Origin: Octopus sinensis | Lineage: Eukaryota | Direction: 5' to 3' | Assembly (NCBI RefSeq): GCF_006345805.1 | Contig: NC_043006.1 | Location: 29,698,001 to 29,762,000 of the forward strand | DNA length: 64,000 nt | Shown here: in pieces, positions 39,490 through 49,329 of the stretch | Numbering within the stretch: the stretch's first letter is position 1 | Layout: each line of letters begins with the position of its first letter | Made by a program: the position numbers and the translations under genes | The notes under the pieces: model-generated | What the model saw: the letters and a program-made list of their open reading frames with translations, nothing else | Database searches by the model: none | What the model was told of the DNA's origin: nothing

Positions 39490-39735
39490 CTGAAATACCA
39501 TGCCCTCCTAACTTAATTTTTTGTGTCATTTGTAATCCATGTCAATCTGTTCTATAAATATATAAATCTATGTATGTTTATACATGAATGTTCATCTCCA
39601 GAATATTTTCAGCTTTTGTTTCTCTCTCTGCATATATACTCCTGTATACATTTACATGTATGTATGTGTGCATATTTTATATAAATATAAAGCCCAAGCA
39701 TGTTTGTTTATTTGCATCATTATCTACATATGGAC

Positions 39736-39757
39736 AGATAGATAGATAGATAGATAG

Positions 39758-39807
<50 letters not shown>

Positions 39808-39905
39808 CATACATGCATATGTACATACACACACACATATATATACATACATACACACACGTGTATATACAGACAGATAATGCATACATACATATATACA
39901 TGTAT
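39736..39905. repeat. (GATA)n plus (TACA)/(CA) microsatellite
   Basis: Seen directly. Confidence 0.95.
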
Positions 39906-40131
39906 ACAAATAAATTTAAGAATATGAGTAATCTATATTGCAAAATAATTTCATCTAAGTTTATTTTACTCCCAAGACCCAAGACAAAGTGACGAGACAT
40001 TTAATAGTGAGGCAAATAAATAATAAATAAAACATGGATGAGGAACTGATATCGTTTACACAAAGTCTTGAATCAGGAATTTAAATTGAAATATTTCAAA
40101 AAAGACAGTTTACTTAGGAGTGTGTGTGTGT

Positions 40132-40168
<37 letters not shown>

Positions 40169-40601
40169 TTTGTGTAGAGGGAGGAAGCTGTTCTCCAAAA
40201 CAAGAAGATGATGTACAGCAGGAATATGATGTACTGATGAGACAATTTCCGTTCTCTGTCAGTGCATAAAGAAGAAGAAAAAAGTAGCCATACCCGGACA
40301 AAGTACATATGTTTTAATTAATCACAGATAAAAGCTAGAAAACATAAACAGAATATTTGGTGATAATTTGGTAGACAGGATAAGAGTGTCAAGCAGGATA
40401 TTTGACAGTAAAATAGTTTGCTGTGTCATGGCTTTAAGTTCAAATTCTATTCAGATCCACTCAGCTTCCTTCTCTTATTGCCAGAGTCAATAACAGAAGT
40501 TTCTTTTAGCAACGTACAAAACTACATTTTAAATTTGATAAGCAAAGTTAATTGAAATGACCCCTACTATATTACTTGTTAGTATTACCAATCTATAGTA
40601 A

Positions 40602-40790
40602 GGCAGTGAGCTGGCAGTATAGTTAGCACACCAAGCAAATTTTTATATTCTAAGTTCAAATTTTGCCACGGTCGACTTTGCCTTTCATCCTTTCGGGACC
40701 TATAAAATAAGAACCAGTTGAGTATTGGGGGTCATGTAATCAACTGTCCCCACCACCAAAATTTCAGGCCTTGTGCCTATAGTAGAAAGA
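40602..40790 (+). mobile_element. SINE family S3, near full-length copy
   Basis: Head GGCAGTGAGCTGGCAGTATAGTTAGCAC, B-box-like AAGTTCAAAT, body GACTTTGCCTTTCATCCTTTCGGG, tail CAGGCCTTGTGCCTATAGTAGAAAG. Confidence 0.8.
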
Positions 40791-40844
40791 AATATTACTG
40801 ATTTATATTATTGATCATATATATATATATACACATATATCAGC

Positions 40845-41095
40845 ATTTAACATCTATTTTCCATGCTGGCATGGATTAGATGGTTTCACAGGAGCTGGCC
40901 AGCCAGAGAGCTGCAGTAGGTGGCATAGCCATAAAAGACAAGCCTGAAGGTATGGATGGCCATGATTCTACTTAGTTTGACATGTCTGATCAAGCACAGC
41001 AAATCACCAGAAGTCTCTGTCCCTTGTCATCTCCTCTGTGAGGCTCAACATCTAAAGATCTTTTCTCATCACTTCTTTCTGGGTCTACCTCATGC
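40845..41095 (-). mobile_element. RTE 3' end (C-terminal codons plus tail)
   Basis: Minus strand RGRPRK...EKIFRC-ASQRR followed by the tail sequence. Confidence 0.75.
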
Positions 41096-41105
41096 GCATA
41101 CACAC

Positions 41106-41940
41106 AAGGTGCATTCCAGAAGTTTTGAGACCTTTTCAGGAGAGACATTTATTTATTTCAAAGGAGAACAAAACTCTAATCTCCTTCACAGCAGGAACCT
41201 CTGACGACTTCAATACACTTTTTGTAGCTTTCCATCCCCTTCGTGAAGGTTCTGTGGGAATCCTCCAAAGTGAAGGTGTCGGAGTCCTTTGTCATAATCT
41301 CCTTCAGCTTGGGTGAACAACTAAACATCACAGAGAGCAAGGTCTGGGTTGTAGGGAGGGTGAGGGATGGCAGTTCTAATGTCCATCTTTGTCAAGTAGT
41401 TTGGTTACCAGGATGGAATCATGAACTGATGCATTGTCCTGGTGCAAGTGCTCTGGCCTTCCCTCAAAATCTCCACAAAGTATTTTTTGCTGACTGTCTG
41501 GCCAGAGGGAAAACAGTGGATGTAGATGGTGCTCTTGCTATCAAGAAAGGGGACTTGCATTAGTTTCTCTGTAGACTTGCACTGCTTGGCCTCTTGTGCC
41601 AGCAAAAAACATATGCTCAGTTCATACAATTTAATCCATGACCAGTCTGGAGCATTTCATAAGTCTCTGTAGCATTTTTGCCCAGTTAAACACAAAACTT
41701 TATTGCAAAGTGAGCTTCCAAATTGTCTTCACATCTGGATTGCATTCTGCAAACAAATCACCTGTGACAAGCAGTGTTTGTATCTTCAAAGGTTTGTCAC
41801 TGCCATCTCCTTTAATCTGGAATAACAAAAGTTGGCAGGTCAGATTATTAGTGGTGTAGTAATACACCACTAAAATTGAAATAATCTAAGACAGTTACTG
41901 CCTCTCCTAAAAATGTTCCAAAACTTCTGGAATACACCTT
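41106..41940 (-). mobile_element. Internally deleted mariner element with both TIRs
   Basis: 39-bp TIRs at 41106-41144 and 41902-41940 (5 mismatches). The minus strand retains FLDSK..IYIH..PSGQTVSKKYFVEIL, HQDNA-like and HPPYNPDLA C-terminal transposase motifs. Confidence 0.9.
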
Positions 41941-41959
41941 TATATATATATATATATAT

Positions 41960-42237
41960 GTAAACATAAAAAAAATATACAAACTGGGACAAGAATGTGA
42001 AACATTTAGAAGACGATACAAAAAACACGGACGGGACATTCGAAGCCCTCAATCATCAGTCAAGAACCGGATCATCTTCGCAATTTCGGCTGATTAATCT
42101 TCAGATTTCTCCAATCTGGGCAGCCCCCAAGGGAAATCTAAGCCAAGCGCATTAGATTCCTTGGAAGAAAGCCTCGAATGTATACAACACAGGGACGGAA
42201 AACGGACGATGTTACACGAATAAAAATACAAAAATAC

Positions 42238-42240
<3 letters not shown>
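41960..42240. repeat. CpG-rich interspersed repeat fragment flanked by (TA)n on both sides, possibly a Penelope-like element end
   Basis: CpG-rich segment between TA arrays; the family assignment is inference from context only. Confidence 0.4.
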
Positions 42241-42309
<69 letters not shown>

Positions 42310-42433
42310 AGAAATAATTAAGATTCAGTTGAATTAGGCCAGTCCAGTATTATTCGCACAGCTTGAAGTAGGTGAATAAAAAGCAAATAAGTAACAAGGA
42401 TGTCAAGATATTAATGCATCTTTATATATATAT

Positions 42434-42785
42434 ACTAGCACTATAACCTGGCAACACCGGGTCATAGTGCTAGTGCATGCATATACAGCTGCGTGCGTGC
42501 GCACATACATGCGAGTACTGTCCAAATCTCCAACCAATCACATAGAGCTTGCTGGCATTCAATTGGCGTATCAAGTTTCGGGCATTTTGATTGGGTTTTG
42601 GATAGAAAATTCACAAAAATGTCACTTCTATTGATTTTTTAATGGCTTTGCAGGGTGACTGGGGAAATGTAAAGATGTACCCGACCACCCTTGGATGGTT
42701 TTGAATGACCATAGAAAGTGTGAGCCCTCTAACTGAAAAATTGTGGATTTGTATAAAGGATACACACACAGACAGACATTTTGCC

Positions 42786-42850
<65 letters not shown>
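42434..42850 (-). mobile_element. Non-autonomous Helitron-like element
   Basis: On the minus strand it starts in (TA)n with ATAAACGGCAAAATGTCTGTCTGTGTGTG and ends with a GC hairpin ACCCGGTGTTGCCAGGT followed by ATAGTGCTAG|T; 11-bp inverted repeats at 42434-42444 and 42464-42474. Confidence 0.7.
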
Positions 42851-42853
<3 letters not shown>

Positions 42854-43062
42854 CAGTGAGAGTTAGAGGTTGTGAATCCAACCTAGGGATACTGACTATG
42901 CAATATGCTGCTGGTACTGTACTCAATTATTAATACCCAAGTGCTGGTTATTGTGCGGCAATTTCACTATTGAATGTAATAACTGGTCAAGAGTAAAAAG
43001 TGGTTTACCCTTAATTTATACAGCAAGAAGAAAATGGAGGGGATACATCAACTGTTAGACAT

Positions 43063-43367
43063 GATCACCGTGACCGACAAGGCTAACAGATGTTGCTACA
43101 CATCGCTGGTCACAATGCACTTGGCATTGTTTTAGCCTTCAAATGATGCCACCCCGCTGGCTAAGTGAGCAGGCCAACATAAGAAAGAGTGAGAGAAAGT
43201 TGTGGCAAAAGAGTACAGCAGGGATCGCCACCATTTCCTGCCGGAGCCTTGTGGAGCTTTAGGTGTTTTCGCTCAATAAACACTCACAATGCCTGGTCTG
43301 GGAATCAAAACCGCGATTCTACAACCGCGAGTCCACTGCCCTAACCACTGGGCCATTGCGCCTACAC
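43063..43367 (-). mobile_element. tRNA-headed SINE with 9-bp target-site duplication
   Basis: Head GGCGCAATGGCCCAGTGGTTAGGGCAGTGGACTCGCGG...GGTTTTGATTCCC; GTTAGACAT duplicated at 43054-43062 and 43368-43376. Confidence 0.85.
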
Positions 43368-43687
43368 GTTAGACATTATATTATGTCTATTTATATATTC
43401 TGAAACATTTATGAGAATAAATACATATGTAAAGACTGTGTATTGCATACATACGTACCAGTAATTCATAGAATAGAAAAAGAACAGTTTCTTACGGCCG
43501 TTTCTGCCAAGAGGTCACAATACCCTACATGTTATTTCCATCTCTTCAGTGTTCTGTAGTGATCAGTAGATAAAATTAGGGTATTGGGTGTGCTTCTAGG
43601 CTTCATCAGAGAGTTTAAAAGAGGGTCAAAAAAGTTCAGTGGGCTAATGCATGTATATATAAATATACTTATACACATACATATATG

Positions 43688-43750
<63 letters not shown>

Positions 43751-43835
43751 AGGTCCCGGGTTGATTCGGGGTTAACCACAGTAAATAAGGTACTCAATAC
43801 ATAGCAGAGTAAAAATAATTTATTATATAGAAGGA

Positions 43836-43884
43836 GCTTCTACAGGACTAGAACTGTTTCATTCAAGAGAAATCTTCAGGAAGC
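43836..43884 (-). ncRNA. Minimal type I hammerhead ribozyme (unit A, minus-strand arm)
   Basis: Exact reverse-complement copy of 43883-43931. Confidence 0.75.
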
Positions 43885-43931
43885 TTCCTGAAGATTTCTC
43901 TTGAATGAAACAGTTCTAGTCCTGTAGAAGC
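43883..43931 (+). ncRNA. Minimal type I hammerhead ribozyme (unit A, plus-strand arm)
   Basis: Stem I GCTTC/GAAGC; core CTGAAGA 43888-43894; stem II TTC-tctt-GAA with a T.T closing mismatch; GAA 43907-43909; stem III ACAG/CTGT; GTA cleavage triplet 43924-43926. Confidence 0.75.
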
Positions 43932-43945
43932 TCCTTCTATATAAT

Positions 43946-43984
<39 letters not shown>

Positions 43985-44080
43985 CCGGAGTAAACACATA
44001 AATGTGAAACAAGGTGGAAAAAAAGAGTACTCAAATACCAGTGGGAGAGTAATATGCTTTATTTAAAGCAGCAGAAAATT

Positions 44081-44136
44081 CAACAAAATCTGTTACTCTG
44101 AGTTTCTCATTGCCGTTCATCAGACAGTTTTTGTTA
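44081..44136 (-). ncRNA. Minimal type I hammerhead ribozyme (unit B, minus-strand arm)
   Basis: Reverse-complement copy with an intact core: TAACAAAAACTGT CTGATGA ACGGCAATGA GAA ACTCAGAGT A ACAGATTTTGTTG. Confidence 0.85.
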
Positions 44137-44192
44137 TAACAAAAACTGTCTGATGAACGGCAACGAGAAACTCAGAGTAACAGGTTTTGTTG
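44137..44192 (+). ncRNA. Minimal type I hammerhead ribozyme with palindromic stem III (unit B, plus-strand arm)
   Basis: 13-bp stem I (44137-44149 with 44180-44192, one mismatch); CTGATGA 44150-44156; CG-gcaa-CG stem II; GAA 44167-44169; stem III ACTC-a-GAGT; GTA triplet 44177-44179. Confidence 0.85.
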
Positions 44193-44215
44193 AATTTTCT
44201 GCTGCTTTAAATAAA

Positions 44216-44278
<63 letters not shown>

Positions 44279-44469
44279 AATCACTTACCAGTAGGTACAG
44301 TACGTTATTCCTATTAATGAGTGTATAAGAAGAGTAATAATAATACTGGTATGTATGTATATAATACACAGTCTTTACATATGTATTTATTCTCATAAAT
44401 GTTTTAGAATAAATAAAAGACATAATATAATGTCTAACAGTTGATGCATACTATTTCTGTATCCCTTCC

Positions 44470-47202
44470 ATTTTCTTCTTGCTGTATAGATATATCTGAA
44501 ATGAAGAGGCTACAAACAAAGCTACTGGACTTCTGTGATGCAAATAACATAATGATCTACAACACCAACTTCAGGAAGCCAGCCAGTCATCTGCTTACCT
44601 ATCAATCGGATGACCATGCAAGCCAGATTGATTACATTCTCACCAGACAGTGAGATACATGGTTGCTTACAGGTGTAAAGATGCTCCCTGGTGAAGAATG
44701 TACCCCCAGCATGGAGTAGTCATCAGTGACTTTAGACTTCAGGTCAGAAGGTTGCCTAGAAGCAGACCAATCTGGAAAAGAAGGATCTGAAAGCTTAAAG
44801 ATCCTTTATAAGGTCAGACAGTTAGAGACACCCCAATTGAGAAATTTGGCAAGGAGGAGGAAGTACAGACATGTAACATAGAGGGCAACTGGGAATTCCA
44901 GTGGGACAGCTTGCTGAGGGCCACAAACCAAATCTGCAGTTGGTGCAAAGTCACAACCAGAACTAGGGGGACGTGGTAGTGGAATGATGCCATAGACAAG
45001 GCCATTAGAGCAAAGAAAGAAGCCTGGAAGGACTGGAAGAGTGGAGGTAGCAGGGAATTATATCAGGTAGCTAGGAGGGAGGCTAGAAGACAGGTGTACT
45101 TAGCCAGGTGAGAAGCAGAAAGGTGAAACTTTGGCAGTGTTCTGTGTCATGAGGACCAGAAGCTTGCAGCATTTCAGATGGCAAGGCAATGTGTCAGAGA
45201 AAATCATGATGTGGCAGGAGAGACAAATGTGTTCGCAAGGATGATGGTTCACTGATAGTTAGTGACTCTGCAAAGAAGGAGGCTTGGAAATGCCACTATG
45301 AAAGGCTACTAAATATGGAGAACTCATGGGAGAGGGAAAGTCTGGCTTGAGGGACCAGTAATCCAAATAGACAGTAGCATGGTAGACGAAGCCATGAAGG
45401 ATATGAAGACAGGGAAAGCCCCTGGCTCATCAGGAATAGCTGCTGAGATGCTTAAAATATCTGGCAGTGTATGTTATGGTCTAGTCACCCATATAGATAA
45501 TTAGGTTGTACACAAAAGGTGTCATACCCAATGACTGGTGTAATTATTTCCATCCTTAGATGAAAATAATTACAAAGATATCAAATTCTTAGATCAGGTG
45601 ATGAAATTCAGAGCGAGGGTCATAGCCCAACTAATTAGGGAAAGGGTTAGTCTAGATAAGATACAGTTTGGTTTTGTGCCAAGGAGAAGCACCGTTAATG
45701 TTATATACTCCTGGTAAGACAATTGCAGAAGTACCTAGCCATAAATAAACTTCTGTACTTGGCTTTTGTTGACATGGAGAAAGCCTTTGACAGAGTTCCC
45801 CAATTCCTTATCTGGTGGTCAATGCAGAAACTAGAGGTAGATGAAGGGTTGGTGGGAGCTGTACAAGCCATGTACAGAGATGCTGTCAATAAGGTGAGAG
45901 TTGTCAATGAGTATAGTAATGAATTCAGTGTATAGGTAGGGGTTCACCAAGGATCAGTCTTCAGCCACCTCTTGATTAGGGTAGTTCTGCAGACAATAAC
46001 AGAGGAATTTAAGTTGAGAAGCCCCTAGGAGCACCTGTATGCAGATGACCTTGTTCTTATAGCTGAATCACTACAAGAACAAGAGAAGAAATTTTAGGCA
46101 TGGAAGCAAGGTCTAGAATCAAAGGGCCTTAGAGTCAATTTAGCAAAAACCAAAGTTTTAGTAAGTAGGAAGGTTAACAGGGAAAATAGTCTTTGTGTGT
46201 GTTAGATGTACAGGTACAATAAACACTACAAGTTTACAGAAAATAGACTCCATCAAATGCCAATGGGGGATACATAGAAGTAGTTGATAGCTTCCATTAC
46301 CTACGTGATCAAGTCAGCAGTAGAGGGGAATGCACAGAGAGCATAGCTGCTAGAATAAGAATCGTCTGGGCTAAGTTCAGAGAGCTTCTACCTCTGTTGG
46401 TAACAAAGGGCTTCTCCCTCAGAATGAAAGGCAGATTGTATGATGCTTGTGTGCCAACAATCATGCTTCATGGCAGTGAAACACAGACAGTGACCACAGA
46501 GGAGATGTGAAGGTTTGTAAGAAATGAAGCTAGCATGCTCTGCTGGATGTGCAATGTTAGTGTGCATGTTCAACAGAGCATAAGTGTATTGAGAGAAAAA
46601 CTGGATATGAGGTATTAAATGTGGCATGCAAGAGAGACAACTATGCTGGTATGGTCATGTGATGCTTACGGACAAGGACAGCTGTGTAAAGAAGTGCCGA
46701 TCTCTAATTGTGGAAGGAACCTGCAGAAGAGGTAGACCCAGGATGACATGGAACAAGGTAGTGAAGCATGATCTTTGAACGTTGGGCCTCATGGAGGCAA
46801 TAACAAGCAACTGGGACCTTTGGTGATATGTAGTGCTTGATTCATCAAATCAAGTGAAATCATAGTTGTGGTTGTTGGAGGAAATTGAAATTGTGACCAG
46901 TAGCATGGTCTTCGAATGATGAGCAACACAGAGGTGATGACAAGATACTGAGACTGTTCACAATAAGCTGTGCTGAGAGGACTTGTTAAGCCAAGTGAAA
47001 CCGTAGTCATGGCCATCACCAATGTCATGTATATGGCACCCATGCCAGTGGCACACAAAAAGCACCCATTACACTTTGGGAGTGGTTGCCATAGAAACCA
47101 TACCAAATCAGACTGGAACCTGGTGCAGCTCTCCAGTTTACCAGTTCCAGTCAAACCATCCAACCTATGCCAGCATGGAAAGTAGACATTAAATGATGAT
47201 GA

Positions 47203-47205
<3 letters not shown>
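44470..47205 (+). mobile_element. Degenerate RTE-clade LINE, endonuclease C-terminus through RT to (GAT)n tail
   Basis: APE motifs NTNFRK...SQIDYIL (44560-44650); RT KAPG, QFGFVP, AFVDMEKAFDRVP, GVHQGSV, LYADDL; C-terminal WYGHV...RGRPRMTW; continues into the 3' UTR ending TTAAATGATGATGATG at ~47205. Numerous stops and frameshifts. Confidence 0.95.
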
Positions 47206-47273
<68 letters not shown>

Positions 47274-48196
47274 TATAGACAGATAGATAGATAATTATAA
47301 TTATAATACTGATAATACTCCTGCCTTAACACCTATTTCTGAGAGTAGTACTAATTCCTTTAACCATGAGTATCACATACAAATGAATAAATGCTTTTGT
47401 AATTTCGAGAACAAAATTATCTGTGCTTCAGAAAATGAGTATTTAAGGACAAATACAGTGTATCAATGTAAGGTCATAACAGGGTATCACATGTATTATG
47501 GCATAGGTTCATCTGCTACAATTTGGAAATCTTTATTACATAATCATTGTCCTTCATTCAAGTGAAGAAGAAAATATAATTCTATGAATCTTATAGAGAA
47601 ATAAATGCATTTTGGGATTTAAAAGACAGCAACATTAGCTATGATTTGAAGTGGTCCATTATTAGCCATGCACCATTATACAATACTAGTAAATTTAAAT
47701 GTGATTTTGCCTTGAGGAAATGTATTATAGAATTACTTCTAAATTAGTATTATTGAATATAAGGGTAATTTTACATTGAAATGTTCTCACAAATATAGAA
47801 GAACATTTAAATATTTCAATCCTAAATAACTCATTAATTATATTTGCTTTACATATAATCTAATATGCATAACTTTTCAAAATAATTTTTTTAGCATTTT
47901 TAATTGATAGATAACTAATTGTTGTGACAGAATTCTATGTTCATAATTGTCGTGACATAGAATTCCTATGTTTATTTTTTTATTCGTTTGTTATCTACTC
48001 ACGTCATCAAAAGTTAAATACTAAATTGGCTTTTTTAGATTTTTTCTTAACTTTCTTTTTGTGTGCGTTCATCTATTAGAAATATTTTCTCAGTTCACTT
48101 TTGAATTTAAGCAATTTTGGATTGCTTTGATAATAAGTTGTTAGCATATATTAATTTCACTGGCATTTTATATCTTTTTCTACATCTGAATATGCT

Positions 48197-48620
48197 TTGC
48201 TTCCCAACCACATGGTTCTGGGTTCAGTCCCACTGTGTGGCACTTTGGGCAAGTATCTTCTATTATAGCCTCAGGCCAGCCAAAGCCTTGAGTGGATTTG
48301 GTAGATGGAAACTGAAAGAAGCCCATCATATGTGTATGTGTGTGTGTGTATGTGCGTGCGTGCAAGTGTATGTATGTATATGTTTGTGTGTCTGTGAGTG
48401 TGTGAGTGTATGCATGTATATGTTTGTGTGTCTGTGTTTGTTCCCCCCATCATGCTTGATAACCGATGCCAGTGTGTTTATGTCCCCATATCTTAGCAGT
48501 TCAGCAAAAGAGACCAATAGAATAAGTACTAGGCTTACAAAGATTAAGTCGTGGGTTGATTTGTTTGACTATAGGTGGTGCTCCAGCATGGCTGCAGTCA
48601 AGTGACTGAAACAAATAAAA
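48197..48620 (+). mobile_element. SINE family S1 copy
   Basis: CCCAACCACATGGTTCTGGGTTCAGTCCCACTG...GGAAACTGAAAGAAGCCC...(TG)n...GACTGAAACAAATAAAAG. Confidence 0.85.
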
Positions 48621-49097
48621 GAATACACTCTATAGATACTCTTTATATTAATGACCTGTTTCTTGCTGGTCCTTCTAACCCTAACCCTCCATTCCTCCAC
48701 AGATGAGACCCACTCTTCATTCTTCTTAACATTGTCAAAACTCTGTCCCAAAGACTAAACTGCTGCTTCTTCATAGTGAGAAAATCATTTCACTTTGATC
48801 AGTTGCTGATCCTCTGCAAAGTCCAATTGTAAATCCCAATCATATATTGCTGCCATATCTGAGATAGTGCCATAACTGCTACACACACAGATTATATAAA
48901 TATATATATATAAAAAAAAAAAAAAACCATTTAGCTGTTTGGCAAAGACACTCACACATTAATGCTACCAAAACTGGCTCACAGACACACTCTTACTTCT
49001 CCCTGTCTCTTCTACATTTACTACAATGCCATGGCTCAAATGAATCAGCAAGCTTATATCGCAGCAGTGCCAAAGCCCACCTATTTCACCCTCCTTT

Positions 49098-49232
49098 ATT
49101 ATTATTATTATTATTATTATTATTGAGTGAGAGAGCAGTTCATGCCATCAAAGTGACACTGGGGTAAAATATATGAAGCGCAATATACCCATCATGACTA
49201 CCCATTATTATTATTATAATTATTATTATTAT

Positions 49233-49320
<88 letters not shown>
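49098..49320. repeat. (TAT)n / (TAC)n / (TAT)n trinucleotide arrays interrupted by an ~80-bp insert at 49127-49204
   Basis: Seen directly; explains the poly-Tyr ORF. Confidence 0.95.
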
Positions 49321-49323
<3 letters not shown>

Positions 49324-49329
49324 TAGTCT

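Larger units (their letters stand above)
43750..43948. mobile_element. Hammerhead-bearing Penelope-like element terminus, unit A, with perfect 130-bp palindrome
   Basis: Unique 69 bp, then palindrome 43819-43948 (axis 43883/43884); flanked by (TA)n. Confidence 0.65.
43984..44221. mobile_element. Hammerhead-bearing Penelope-like element terminus, unit B, with 170-bp palindrome
   Basis: Unique 68 bp, then palindrome 44052-44221 (axis 44136/44137, 3 mismatches); flanked by (TA)n. Confidence 0.65.

Noticed and set aside
42035-42115. Two hammerhead-core-like words on the minus strand (CTGAAGA...GAAA and CTGATGA...GAAT)
   Set aside because: Neither has a valid A15.1-U16.1 stem III, an NUH triplet and a matching stem I.
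47330-47565. Open frame of about 80 codons in AT-rich DNA
   Set aside because: No splice signals or recognisable domain; compatible with chance.
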